Both the position numbers and the translations under genes were made by a program. This document shows positions 1 to 12,559 of a stretch of DNA of 64,000 nucleotides, one piece after another. The notes under the pieces were generated by a model that saw nothing but the letters and a program-made list of their open reading frames with translations, was not told where the DNA came from and did no database searches. Positions within the stretch are counted from its first letter, which is position 1. Each line of letters opens with the position of its first letter. The stretch comes from the human T2T-CHM13v2.0 reference genome, Homo sapiens: the NCBI RefSeq assembly GCF_009914755.1, contig NC_060947.1; one strand, 5' to 3'.

Positions 1-2197
1 CTTGTTGCATTGAAAGAAATCATCTACCTGATTAGAAATGCCCCCAAGTGCTAGTAATTCTGGAAAGAATTTTTTTACAGGTTTCTCTCTTAAAGCCTCC
101 AACAACAACAACAACAAATGGTTAACAAAGTCAGCAAAAGTACAGGCAGCCCTTCCTTAGGAATATCATGGTGATCCCTTGTACCTTCCTTACTAGGAAG
201 AGTCAGTATCATCACACAGTCTAATTGGAGCAACTAAACTGAACTCCTTATAGAGTTGGAGGCTGGTATTTGAATTCTACATAGACTTCTGAATAATGTC
301 CATCAGATTCTCAGTGATTGACTCCTCTCAGGAAATGAAAGTCAAAAGCAGGTAAGTCGTTATTCACAATTATGTCTCATTTAAACAGTCAATGTGTTTA
401 AGAAAATCATAAGATAAGGACCAAACTAGCCCTTTTGGAATCCATAATCCATTTGGGTTCAAATTTGGGAGGGGGGAGGGCTGAGGGAATTAAAATTCTC
501 ATCTATTGTTAAGTCAGGACTATTACTCAAGACCAAGGTGAAATTTCCTAACCATAAACTGTGTTGTGCTAGTTAGCAATATTTTCCATTACTAAATCAC
601 AGCTCTTTGGAGCTTCTTAATTTTAATGGAACTATTTGTGGGTGTGTTTCGACATAGCTTTTAGAGTTGGCTCAAAGCTATCTTTTTTGTTGCCTTGAGA
701 AAGCCAAGATAGAAGTCGTCCCAAGGATACATGAGTGCCTTGGGCCAGAATAATGGTAGCAGTAATGGATAGAAGTTTTCTCCCTGTTACAATACTGACT
801 TGAAATATAGCTGCACCTCATATATACTCATCTGCCTGATGAATGAGAGCTATCTCAAATGTTAATCTTTGATAATTAATTTAGTTGTTTATCTATAATC
901 AAGGAAGGAATACAGGCTGTGCTGAAGAATATAAACATATACGGATACACAAAACATGATAATTTTCTAAAAAACTACAAAAATTGTTAGATTCATGAGC
1001 ATGCATCAATGAAGTACGTTTAATCGGATCACTATTTGACTATAATAATTGCCAAACAGTCTAATTCCTTGTCTCTAATTATAGATGAGAAGCCCATGAT
1101 GATAATAGCTCCAGTAAACTCAAGGCAAAGCAACAATGCTTAAGTGTGCAACCAGAGGCAAATTAGTGTCCATTTTCTGGGAAAATCTGTAGAAAGGAAG
1201 TAATTTCAAAAGGAAGTCATTTCTAAAGAGAAATTACAGACCTCACCTCACTACTGCCTTGGAAGTTCTTGACCTGGCTCCAATTTGGGGTGTTGTTTCA
1301 TATTTGTGATCTATGAGTAGTAGGTGGACTTTTCTTGCTAGCCTCCACACTTTATAAACTTTCATATTCAAAGACAACACACTTAACCAACCATATTTAC
1401 ATCGTTCAGTGGTAGTGATTATAAGGCACAATCAATAGTTGCTGATTTCAGCTGAGCTATCTATATTCTCTTGCCTGGTTTCCCTTCAGCTTAAGAACAA
1501 ACATTTGTGAGAATGCTTCTCAGGGGTAGGGATAGTTTGTAGTCAAGGAACAAATGACAATCCAGTAGAACAGTCTTGGCTTAATTAAATTTATTCCTAC
1601 TAGGTAACTGGCTTAAATGTGTGCATGTTTCACCTATTTAGAAGGGTCGTTTAGAGATTATAAAGCGCTTAAAATGCCATGTTATGTAAAAGCAATTATA
1701 TCTAAGTAACTAAACTCCTAAAAGGTCATGAAAATATTAAGTAATAAGATCTGCTGTATTAAGATCCAACTGGGTAGTAAGTTTTGAACTGCTGCATGGC
1801 AATGGAAAACCTCACTATTAGTAAAAGGTTATAACGTATAGATTATACATATATGTCCAGCAAAGATTATAAGGATGTGGTGACAGTTTTGGATGTATAA
1901 GATTACTACTTGATTTTGCTTTGATTTGGAACATTTAATATCTGTTAGACTGATTCAAACATAGTTAATCCAGTGGGCATTAATCCCTGACAAAATTAAA
2001 TGCATTTCAGATACAATGTCATTTGGCTAATGAGGTAAAAATAAATAATTGGTCTCTCCTTATTTTATACCAGGAGTAGCAATTCTAACAAGAGAAAAAG
2101 TAAAAGAATTTTAGGTTCTGAAAATCCTCACTATTATTTTAATCTATGTAGATATTTTAATAAAGAAATGATGCTACCTAGTGCATATTAGATTATC

Positions 2198-4102
2198 TTT
2201 TATATTTTTTTCTTTTTCTTTAATTTTTAAATTTTGTCTGTATATAGTAGATGTACATATTTATGGGATGTTTGAGATATTTTCATACAGGCATGCAATA
2301 TGTAATAATCACATCAGGGTAAATGGGGTATCAATCACCTTAAGTATTTATGCTTTCTCTGTGTTACAAACAATTCATAATGCTCTTTTAGTTATTTTTA
2401 AATGTACAATTAAATTATTGTTGATTATAGTTACACTGTTTTTCTATCAAATACTAGATCTTATTCTTTCTAATTCTTTTTTGTGCCCATTAACAATCCC
2501 TAATACTCTCTCACCCCCGCCCCACTAACCTTCTCAACCTCTGGTAACCATACTCTACTCTCTATCTCCATGAGTTCTAATGTTTTGTATTTTAGTTTCC
2601 ACAAATAAGTGAAAACATGTAATATTTGTTTTTCTGTGCCTGGCTTATTTCACTTACTATAATGTCCTCCTTTTCCACCCATGTTATTGTAACTGACAGG
2701 ATATCATTCTTTTTATGGCTGAATAGTACTTCATTGTGTATATGTACCAAATTTTCTTTATCCATTAGACTGTTGGATAAAGAAAATTTTTAGATTCCTT
2801 CCAAATGTTGGTTATTTCCTTTCTTTTATGTATATACCCAGCAGTGGAATTGCTGGATCATATGGTAGCTCTATTTTTAGTTTTTTGAGGAACCTCCAAA
2901 CTGTTCTCCATAGTAGTTGCACTAATTTACATTCCCACCAACAGTGTACTATGGTTCCCTTTTCTCCATATACTCACCAGCATGTGTTATTGCCTGTCTT
3001 TTAGATAAAATCCATTTTAAGTAGGGTGAGATAATCTCTCACTGTAGTTTTGATTTGCATTTCTCTGATGATCAATGATGTTGAGCACATTTTTACACCT
3101 CCCGTTTGCCATTTGTACACCTTCTATTGAGAAATCTCTACTCAGATATTTGGCCCATTTTAAAAAATTAAATTATTAGATTTTTTTCCTATTGTTTGAG
3201 CTCCTCATATATTCTGGTTATTACCTCCTTGTCAGATGGGCAGTATGCAAATATTTTCTTTCACTCTGTGGGTTGTCTCTTCACAAGTTAAAAGCTGTAC
3301 AGAAGATTTTAACTTGATGTAATCCCATTTGTTCATTTTTGCTTCGGTTGTTTGTGCTTCTGGGTTATTACTCAAGAAATCTTTGCCCAGTCCAATGTCC
3401 TGAATAGCTTCCTCAATGTTTTCTTGTAGTAGTTTCATAGTTTGAGGCATTAGATTTATGTCTTTAGTCCATTTTGATTTTATTCTTGTATATGGTGAGA
3501 GATAGAGGTTTAATTTCATCCTTTGCGTATGGATACCCAGTTTTCCCAGCACAGTTTGTGGAAGAGACTGTCCTTTTCCCAATGCGTGTTCATAGCACCT
3601 TGGTTGAAAATGAGTTCACTATAGATACATGAATTTGTTTCTGGGTTCTCTATTCTATTCCATTCATCTATGTGTTTGTTTTATGCCATTACCAGGCTAT
3701 TTTACCAGGTTACTGTAGCTCTGCAGTATAATTTGAAGTCAGTTGAGTTCTGCCCAATTTTGACAGCACTGATTTCCAATGCAAAGTCCCACACTCACCT
3801 TGCTCTCCCTCCCTCAAGCACACAGATTCTCTCTCCCTGCCACACAGCCTCTGTCAGGTTATGAGGGATGGGTGGCATCAGCAATTCAAGACTGTTTTTC
3901 CTATCCTCATCAGTGCCTCTTTCAGTGATACGAAGTTACATTCAGGTACTGTGATCACTCACCTAATTTTTGGTTCTTATGAAGAAGCTTTTTTTTGTAT
4001 GTAGCTAGTTGTTAATTTTGGTGTTCCTGCAGGGAGGACAATCGGTGGAAGCTTCTCTTTGGTGGAAGCTTCTCTTTGTCCATCTCGCCCCACCTCCTGG
4101 TT
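2198..4102 (-). mobile_element. L1MA-type LINE: 3'UTR plus ORF2 end (to about 3742) fused to an L1 5' end (about 3743-4100), TSD-flanked
   Basis: ORF2 C-terminal remnant (ORF 3232-3582, LSPYTRIKSKWTKD...); L1 start-like GGGGCGAGATGG...CCACCGATTGTCCTCCCTGCAGGAACACC; flanking repeats CATATTAGATTATC (2184-2197) and CATATTAGATTTTC (4103-4116). Confidence 0.8.
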
Positions 4103-5560
4103 CATATTAGATTTTCAACACATGTTGTCACTGAATTGAATGTACTGTACAATAGTCACAATTCTAAAATGAAGACTTCTTTATAACAGTTCTGTACTTG
4201 AAATAAAGAACTAATTTAACTTTCTGTGTGAAAAAACATAGATAGCAAAGTGTTGCAATGAAAAAAGAATTGAATTTGAGAACAAATGTGGAGCTTCCAT
4301 TTCCCATTTGTGAGTTAAGTAAATTGCTTAACTTCTCTGTGCCTGTATTTCTCAACTGTATTATGTAGGCAATTTAGTACTTATTTTATAAAATTGCAGA
4401 AGGCATCAAATAAAATTAAATGGGGGGGAAGTGCTCAGTAAATTGTTAAACAATTGTGCAAATAATTTTCTTTAATTTAAGGCATATGTACAGTTTGCTA
4501 CTGAAATGACAGAATAAATGAAAGACAATTGCCTCATTTTCTATAAGACTCTCAGCTGCCTGGGAGTACAGATACTGTTGTTTTTTAAGTTCTAGTGCCC
4601 AGCATGGTGCCTGAATATAATAAGTCCTAAGTAAACATTTGTTGGATAAAAATATTTTTATCACCATAAAAATAATAATAATGCTGATTCTGCATCAACT
4701 CATCTTGTTCATCAAAAGAAATATTAAGGACATCCCTTTTAATAGCCTAATCTTTCAAGGTAAGTAAGTAGTGAGAAAGTTGATTATAACAAAGGATAAA
4801 ATTGCAGCTACATATTAAGCAGAACAGAGGGAAAAGCACTGGTTGTAAGAGGTGCTTTAACAAATCACACTGAAATGGATTTAGTGAAACTTATTCAAAG
4901 CTATTCTCACTTCCTTTTGGTGTGTGAGTGTGTGTTTCCAGTTTGACATTCTTCTTTTCCAAACCAATTAAAAACAATGTAGGTGGTTTGAGTTGTAATT
5001 TTATAATGAGTATAAGTAACTGAATAATAACATTTGTAACAGCGTAAATTATTCTTTCTCATGGGAAAATAAAATGTATGATCTTTTCTTGTACTACAAA
5101 GTGAGTATCAAGAATTTGCAAACCTTTTTCTCATAAACAATGGGAATTCTGCAACAAGGGCCTAACGAGAGCTACAGATCAAATGCTAAGAGTTCCAAGA
5201 AGAAAACTTAACTTTCAGCTGTATGAGAGAGGTTGTATGAAGAAAGAATCATCAAACTATGACAACTAATTAGGTGTGGAGTGGCAAAGCAGACAGAGCA
5301 GTTAAAAAAATGATGTTAAATATTAAGACTAGTAAATAAAGCACTGGATATATCATTGATAGATGAGAGAAAGTGAAAAGCGGATATGATTCGTTTGAGA
5401 TGACTGTGGGACAGTCAAGTAGAGATGTCAAGTAGGCAATTAAAAATGATGCATTGGAGCTGAGAAAGTTTTGGGTATTGTCCATACAAAAGTAGTAGCA
5501 AAAGTCAAGATTTTATATCATGTTGTCAAGGGATAGAGGGTAGAGAAAAAGAAGGGGGGC

Positions 5561-5906
5561 TGTTCTCATGCTGCTGATAAAGACATACTTGAGAATGGAC
5601 AATTTATAAAAGGAAGAGGTTTAATGGACTTACAGTTCCACATGGCTTGGGAGGCCTCACAATCATGGTGGGAGATAGGGAAGACCAAGCCATGTCTTAC
5701 ATGGATGGCAGCAGGCAAAAAGAGAGAGCTTGTGCGGGGAAACTCCCTCTTATAAAACCACCAGATCTCATGAGACTTACTCACTATCACAAGAATAGCA
5801 TGGGAAAGACCTGTCCCCATGATACAGTTACCTCCCACTGGGTCCCTCCCACAACACATGATCATTCAAGATGAGATTTTGGTGGGTACACAGCCAAACT
5901 ATATCA
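5561..5906 (-). mobile_element. THE1-family (MaLR) solo LTR inserted in an L2 relic
   Basis: TGTTCTCATGCTGCTGATAAAGACATAC...GGGAGGCCTCACAATCATGG...CAGCCAAACTATATCA; 5-bp TSD GGGGC at 5556-5560 and 5907-5911. Confidence 0.9.
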
Positions 5907-6399
5907 GGGGCCAAGAATGGGTCCTTGGAGAAGAGGTCCAGATGAAAGAAGGAAGAAGTGCCTGAGAAGAAGTCATAGAAGCTGCAGTATAGTATAATGG
6001 AAAGAAAGATATCAAGAATAGAATAGATTAGCAGTGCTAAATGCAGTAGAACTGAAACAAAATGAGGGTCAAGAAAAGTAAGTGGGATTCAACAACTTGG
6101 AGGTCAATAAAAGCAGTTTCAGGAACATAGTGAAGCTAGAATCTGGTTTGCAGTGTTGAGGAATGTGTGAGTAGTGAGAATATAGCATCTGAGAGTATGT
6201 CTCCCTCCTTTGGAAATTTTTCAGATGAAGGGAACAAAAGAGATGAGATTATAAGTCAATAGAATGGTAGGGTCACAAAGGGAGTCACCCTGATCACAAA
6301 GTTAGAGTCTTAATTCTTGAAGATCAAAAGAATCAGAAGTTTGCTGAAGGTATAGAAAAAATTTTCAGTAAAGTGGAGCATTGAAGGAATTTATGTGGT

Positions 6400-6545
6400 G
6401 AACCAAAATCGTGGTCCCTGGGCCAGTAAAGTAGCATTGGGATAACCAGGGAACTTGAAAATGCAGATTATCAGGCCCCAGCAATCTCTCCTTAAATAAT
6501 TCTTCCAATTGATTCTGGTGCCCACTAAAGTTTGAGTTCCACCAT
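6400..6545. mobile_element. MER5-type hAT MITE remnant
   Basis: AAATGCAGATTATCAGGCCCC...GATTCTGGTGCCCACTAAAGTTTGAG resembles MER5A/B. Confidence 0.6.
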
Positions 6546-9500
6546 CCATTGTTAGTAGAAGGCAAGGCTACCTGCAGAGAGGGAGACATCAGCAGTGAGA
6601 CTTGGAGTATGAGCAGGGTGGGATAGATAAGAATTAGACATTGAAGACTGGTAATGAGTTGATTAGAATCAATTAAAAAGGCTGTTTAACAATGGTGGGA
6701 GTCCAGAAAGACCGAGACAATCTGTACTAGACTAAATTGGTTTAGTCTGAAGACTCTCTAGTATACAAAGAAGTCAAAATCTAGGGGCACAGAAGGTGGA
6801 TGGCAGTCTACACAAAGCAAAGGATCAGCAAAGTGATGCCAGTAAAAGGAGAAGGGCTTCTAGCAAGATCATTGCTGAACTGGCTGACAATGGAAACCAG
6901 TGTGGCTTAGAATTGAGGGATGGAGAGTTTGGTGAAGGTGACATTAAACAGAAATGAGAGAGTAAGAGATAAAACAAGAATGTGATGGCAAGAGAAAGAG
7001 ACATTCAGAATCCCAGGTTAAACAGTTTCAAGTGAAGATATAAATTCAAGGACTGGCTGAAAGCTATGTGAACTGAAGATGTAGAAATGAAGAAATTGAG
7101 AGTGAGGAAGAACCATGAAGACAGTGTGGGAAAGGGTACTGATGTGGTTGGTGAAGTTCTTATAGATGATTCTAGATTCAGTAGGAAGTGGAGAGAAGAT
7201 TGTAAGTTGGCTGATGAAACTGTTGAAGGACAGAGAGAGTGACCAAAATGTCAGTAGAGAGTGATAATTCAAACCAAGGCAGGTGGTGTATAAGGATTAC
7301 AGAGTTTCAAGGAGAGTAGAAAGCTGATAAGGGATAATTGATCAATAGGAACCAGAACATTTGTGTATTGAGAAAAGAATTAACAATAGATACACAAAAA
7401 CCAAGCAAATGAAAAAAATTAGAGAATTATTAACACCAGCAAAAAGTTGTGCGAATAAAAGAAGCAAAATAATACACAATTTGGTTCAGCAGTAAATGAT
7501 ATTTTATAGCAATAATAATATAAACACTGAACACTGATTTACCAAAAATAAATGGAGATTTAACTATATTGGGATGATGGAAGGGATGAAAACAGTTAGA
7601 TGAGAGATGAATAGAATTAAACCTGTGTGTCAGAATTATCAACAGATAATATGTAACACTGATAAATCAAGACATAGCAGCATAAGTATACCCATACTAT
7701 AAGTTTATGCATACTGAAAATACATGCATGCCATTTAGCTTTATATATAGCTATTTAGCTAAATGCAAGTAAATATCACAAGACGAAGCTAACAATTGAA
7801 AATGATTGCCTCTGGGGATCAGCTCTGGGTGGTGAAGAGGGTAGGGACAGGGAATTGCTGTTTGTTATATGCCTTTTACTACTATTTGGCCTTTTAAACT
7901 ATATACATATATTACTTTAACTAAAAAAACTAATTTATAAAAAAGCAAATAAGTAACAATGTGTTAAAAATAAAGTTGAGTTTGCCATAAAACAATAGTT
8001 CTAAAAGGTTTCATAGTAAGAGGTTGCAGAGGTTGCAGAAGACAGATAAGGTAGTGTTGGGAAAAGATAGGCCCCAAATGGACACTAATTAAATTTGTGG
8101 GAGCAACAGCAGGGGATACAAGTTTACATAAAAGGCACTCATTTTCAATAATGGGATTGAAGAGGGCAATAAACATGGAGAGGAAGTTGAGCCACCTGTT
8201 AATGAGCGAGGGGATAGACAGAACTGCTGAGTTCATTGAACTAACCAGCCCTGAAATTCTATCATTGGTGAATGACATGTTAAATAAACATTATAGTGAG
8301 CTTCACAGAGACCTGCCAGAAAAAGCACCTGACACTAAGATCTGATGTTTTCTGTCAATTCATTGAAGGCATCACATCACAAATTGGAGTATTTTTCATT
8401 GGCAATAGCACTATCCAGGTGATCAGGACTGTTCCCTTTACATCTTCCCATGACTACAAAAGACTTCCCTGAATCCTTAAGCCAAGTGGAAGAGAGTTGC
8501 ACACACACTATATACACTTATTTGAATATTTCTTACAAATGCCACCTATATGACAACTTGTAAAATGACTTCAGCTGAGCTGTTCCCTGTCATCAACAGG
8601 TGTAAAATTATCTGTTCCTTGCTAATGACAGGAAAATGATCACAGCAAGTTATCCTTAATTTCTTCAGGGAAGTATATGTAACTTGTAATATTTTGAATT
8701 TGAAATCAAAAGGGTGATATTAGTAGGGAGGACCATGGAAAATGCACATAAATTAATTTTATAAAAATATTTTAAAGTCACAGTTTTAGATATCTGATTT
8801 TGAAAAATATTTTTAATGCCTTTCACTTTGGGGAAAGTACTTTAAAGGTGATCTAGTTTCATCTAAAAATAGTCTTACAATGAAACTAATTTCTTATATT
8901 GGTGATTTGAAACATTTGCGACCCAGAGTTGGGGCAAGAAGATCAATAATCAAACATTAATTTCAGCATCTGCTATGTACTTGACACTAAGATAGGTGCT
9001 TTACATATTTTATCTCATTTAATCCTCTTGTAGGATATATTGTACATTAAAGTATGATTCTTCCCCTTTTAGAGATGTAGAAACTGAGGTTCCGTCCAGC
9101 TAAGTCTATTGCTGAAGGTCATGCAGCTCAGCAGGATCAGGTTTTATAAATTCAGATAATTAAATTGAATGCCTGTGTTCTATTCCTCTTTACCACGCTC
9201 CTTCCAAATTACAGTTTAACTCTAAACACAAACCATGAAAATGGGTCCTACTTTAGTTTTAAAAGAGCCTAATCTATGTCTGCGCATCACTCTTTAAAGA
9301 TACTCTTCTACCCACATATCACTACAGGGGACATGTAAACACCAAGGTGCCTAGGTGGGAGAACTCCCTCCTTTGTCCATGGGATCTGCACAAGCAGGTT
9401 ACCCTGTCATCACTCTGAGCAGGAATGGACCCAATCCAAAGTAATCTATACAAGTGAAATTACTAACTCTAAGCTTCCTGTAGAGTGGTGCTTCCAAGGG

Positions 9501-9556
9501 CCTATTCTATTTTCAGCAGCACTTCAACTTTATCCTTATAAAATATTGAAAAAGCT

Positions 9557-9713
9557 GGGGGTGGGGGGCTGGGGAGGGATAGCATTGAGAGAAATACCTA
9601 ATGTAGATGACAGGTTGATGGGTGCAGCAAACCATCATGGCACGTGTATACCTATATAAGCAAACCTGCACGTTCTGTACATGTATCCGAGAACTTAAAG
9701 TATAATAAAAAAA
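9557..9713 (+). mobile_element. L1PA (about PA7-PA8) 3'-end fragment
   Basis: G-tract, GGGATAGCATT...ATACCTAATGTAGATGA...GAACTTAAAGTATAATAAAAAAA. Confidence 0.85.
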
Positions 9714-11070
9714 GAGATTATCTAAAATGGAAAAAAAGCGGAATTTAATAAAATTAAAGAAAAAAATCCTCCAGCCTTTACAGAAGCTACATAGAAATCT
9801 CAAACTACAGTATGAATAATAAAAAAGTGATACATTAGTTACCCAACTTTGCCCCTTTACTGAGTAGACAACATGTAATCTAGTCAAATGTATTATTAGA
9901 TGTACTAAGCTGGGGAAAGAATATTATAACATTACTGTTGCCACTGGACAAAACTCTTAATCCTGTCATACAGTTCCCATCTCTGATCATTGTCCCTTCT
10001 ACCATTTCTATTGTCATTATTCTACTTTGTTTTACACCTAGACTATTGAAATAGCTTCTAATAATCTTTCATTTGCAAAGTTTTCTCCATTGATTTTTTC
10101 AAGTTGTAGACTTTGTAGTTTATAAAAAATTTCCAGCACATATTTTTATTTAGTATTTTATGGATGAGGATGTTGCTGAGAGATTTTGTATTACTAAGAA
10201 CACATAGCTTGAGAGGAACAGAGTTAAGACAAGAACCCAGGTCCCCATACACTGAAACTAGTCTGCTTTCTATCACCAATACCTTCCCTGTGGCAGACTC
10301 TTCTTAACCAAGTGCTTTCTTTATGTTTATACTATTGCTCAAGGACTCTCCACATAAGTGACCCAAATTCAAGGAGGAACTATCAATGGGCTCTGGAGTC
10401 AGCCTACATATGTATAAATCTTGGCTTTACTGCATGCTGGCTGTATAAGCCTTTGCAAATAATTTAAACTCTTTGAAACTCGGTTACCTTATATGAGCAA
10501 TAAGGACAACAATAGCACCTTCCTAATCTGATCATTGTAAGAAGAAAATTAATCAATATGCTAGCCATATCTATTAGTATTTTCCTACTCAGCAACCTTC
10601 ACTCACCCTCCATTGCCTACTAAAGAAAGCCCAAAGTTTTTAAATTAACACTTGAGAATCTCATGACCTGGCCTTAATGTATCATATTAACACTACACCA
10701 TAATACTCCTTGTCACATGTCTTTCATGCCATACAAATCAAACCCCTAACTTTTTCTGAAACCCAGAATTTACTTTCCCAAATCTATAACTTTGTTTATG
10801 TGATTCTCTCTTCCTAGGATATTATTTCCATGCAATATCACAATACCATATATAGAAATTCTGCCCATTTTTCAAAGCCCAGGTTAATTAATTCCTCAAC
10901 ATAGCCTTCCTTGATCTCTCAGCCAAAATTAATTTCTTCAGTCTTTTGTTCCCAAAGTGTGTTGTTTTTTCCTCTTTTATGACTGAAAACACTTTGGTTT
11001 GTATTATGCTTTTTTATGTGCCTGCCACTTTCCCCTATTAGAAGAAACTAAGGCAAAGCAAAGTTAAGCA

Positions 11071-11150
11071 TTAGGTTGAACTGTATAAAATTGTTGCTAT
11101 TATACCAGTTTCAACCTACAAAAATGACAATTTCAAATGATCTAATCTAA
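11071..11150. mobile_element. MADE2-like mariner MITE (80 bp)
   Basis: Degenerate terminal inverted repeats TTAGGTTGAACTGTATAAAATTG and CAATTTCAAATGATCTAATCTAA. Confidence 0.6.
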
Positions 11151-11289
11151 TAAAATGGCTCTTTTATGGTTATATCTAATACACTTAAGGTAAATATTCA
11201 ATACCTTCTGGATTGTATTCTATGAGTTATTCTAGAGGCCAATGTTTCTGTGCAGATATACAGAAGAAAGACAATTTTAGGCTTTTCTT

Positions 11290-11434
<145 letters not shown>

Positions 11435-12376
11435 TAGGCTTTTCTTAGATTGAAAAAACATGGATTTTAAATCTTTTGTTGTTCTTTTTGATTAATGTGG
11501 CCAAAATGTATATTTCAAAATTTCAGTTCTTAGAAATAATCTCATGTATACTTAATATAAAATAATCAAATTCTTATGTGGGCTGGCTCCTTCTTTATTT
11601 TTTTCTTGTTTTCTTTTGTCTTTTAGTAAGAGGTGCCTATGAAAGAGGTCAATTGGAGATCTAGAAAAATACAAGTGATGGTTGATTCCCCATTGTTCCA
11701 GTTATTAATATTAGTTTTACCAACATACAAGAAAATCTTTTTTCCTTCAACACTTGTATAGCAGATGTTTATAAGATTCCAAAATTTTCATAACATAAAT
11801 TAATTACCAAGAATTGTATTACATGAGATTTCTCCTTAGCAACTAAGTTCTAGTTTCTATTTTGTCAATGTGATACATAATAAAATCTATACATATTTTG
11901 ACTTGATTCTCAAGACAAATAATATATTCTCAAAGAAGACATACAGAAAATATGTATATATTCTCAAAGAAGACATACAGGAAGTAAATACCAGTTTGTG
12001 AAATGTGACCATTAAAATCATCTTAGATAATATAACTTCCAATTTATTGTTCATTTAAATACCATACCTCGTGAAAATATTTAACATTGCACAACTGTTG
12101 GGCCCATTTTAGAACTGAAGATCAGCTACAAATTAGGTATTCATTAACCAGTTCATAACTAACCTCATAGATTTAATGTCTTAATCGACCTAAATTGTTT
12201 TGTCTTCTGAGAGAAGATGGGAAGATTTGTTCTAAAAATGCTGACAAGGCACAAATACCAGTGATATAACTTCTCAGTATTTTGATGAAAATTTAATGGG
12301 AGCACCTGCATAGTGGTATGAGAAGAGTTCAAGAACATTATTTCAGTTTGTTAAGGAATCAGCTGATTGATCTTAC

Positions 12377-12559
12377 CTGCTCACAAATCTGGCTTGATCC
12401 ACTATGGCACAGTTCATTTCCAATATGTGTAGAAATTGGATTATTTCCTGTGATGGCTTGGATTTGCTGGCTAGAATCAGGTTGTTGCCAGTGTGCAGAG
12501 TGGATGACCTGGGGCTGTTGGATAATGTGATGATGGCATTGAGCCTGAGGATGGCACCC
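12377..12559 (-). CDS. POF1B: POF1B exon 6 (GCHPQAQCHHHIIQQPQ...GSSQICEQ)
   Basis: tgtgtcttag|GGGTGC...GAGCAG|gtaaga; 183 nt, phase 0, open frame matching the recalled POF1B sequence. Confidence 0.95.

Noticed and set aside
331-357. Plus-strand ctctcag|20 nt|GTAAGT possible antisense micro-exon
   Set aside because: An isolated splice-like pair with no partner exons; expected by chance in 64 kb.
7964-8345. Overlapping 104-aa and 82-aa ORFs in non-repeat intron sequence
   Set aside because: No recognisable homology, splice structure, poly(A) tail or TSD; length is compatible with chance.
11922-11980. Repeat-spacer-repeat as CRISPR-like array
   Set aside because: Only two copies, a 9-nt spacer, eukaryotic context and no cas genes.
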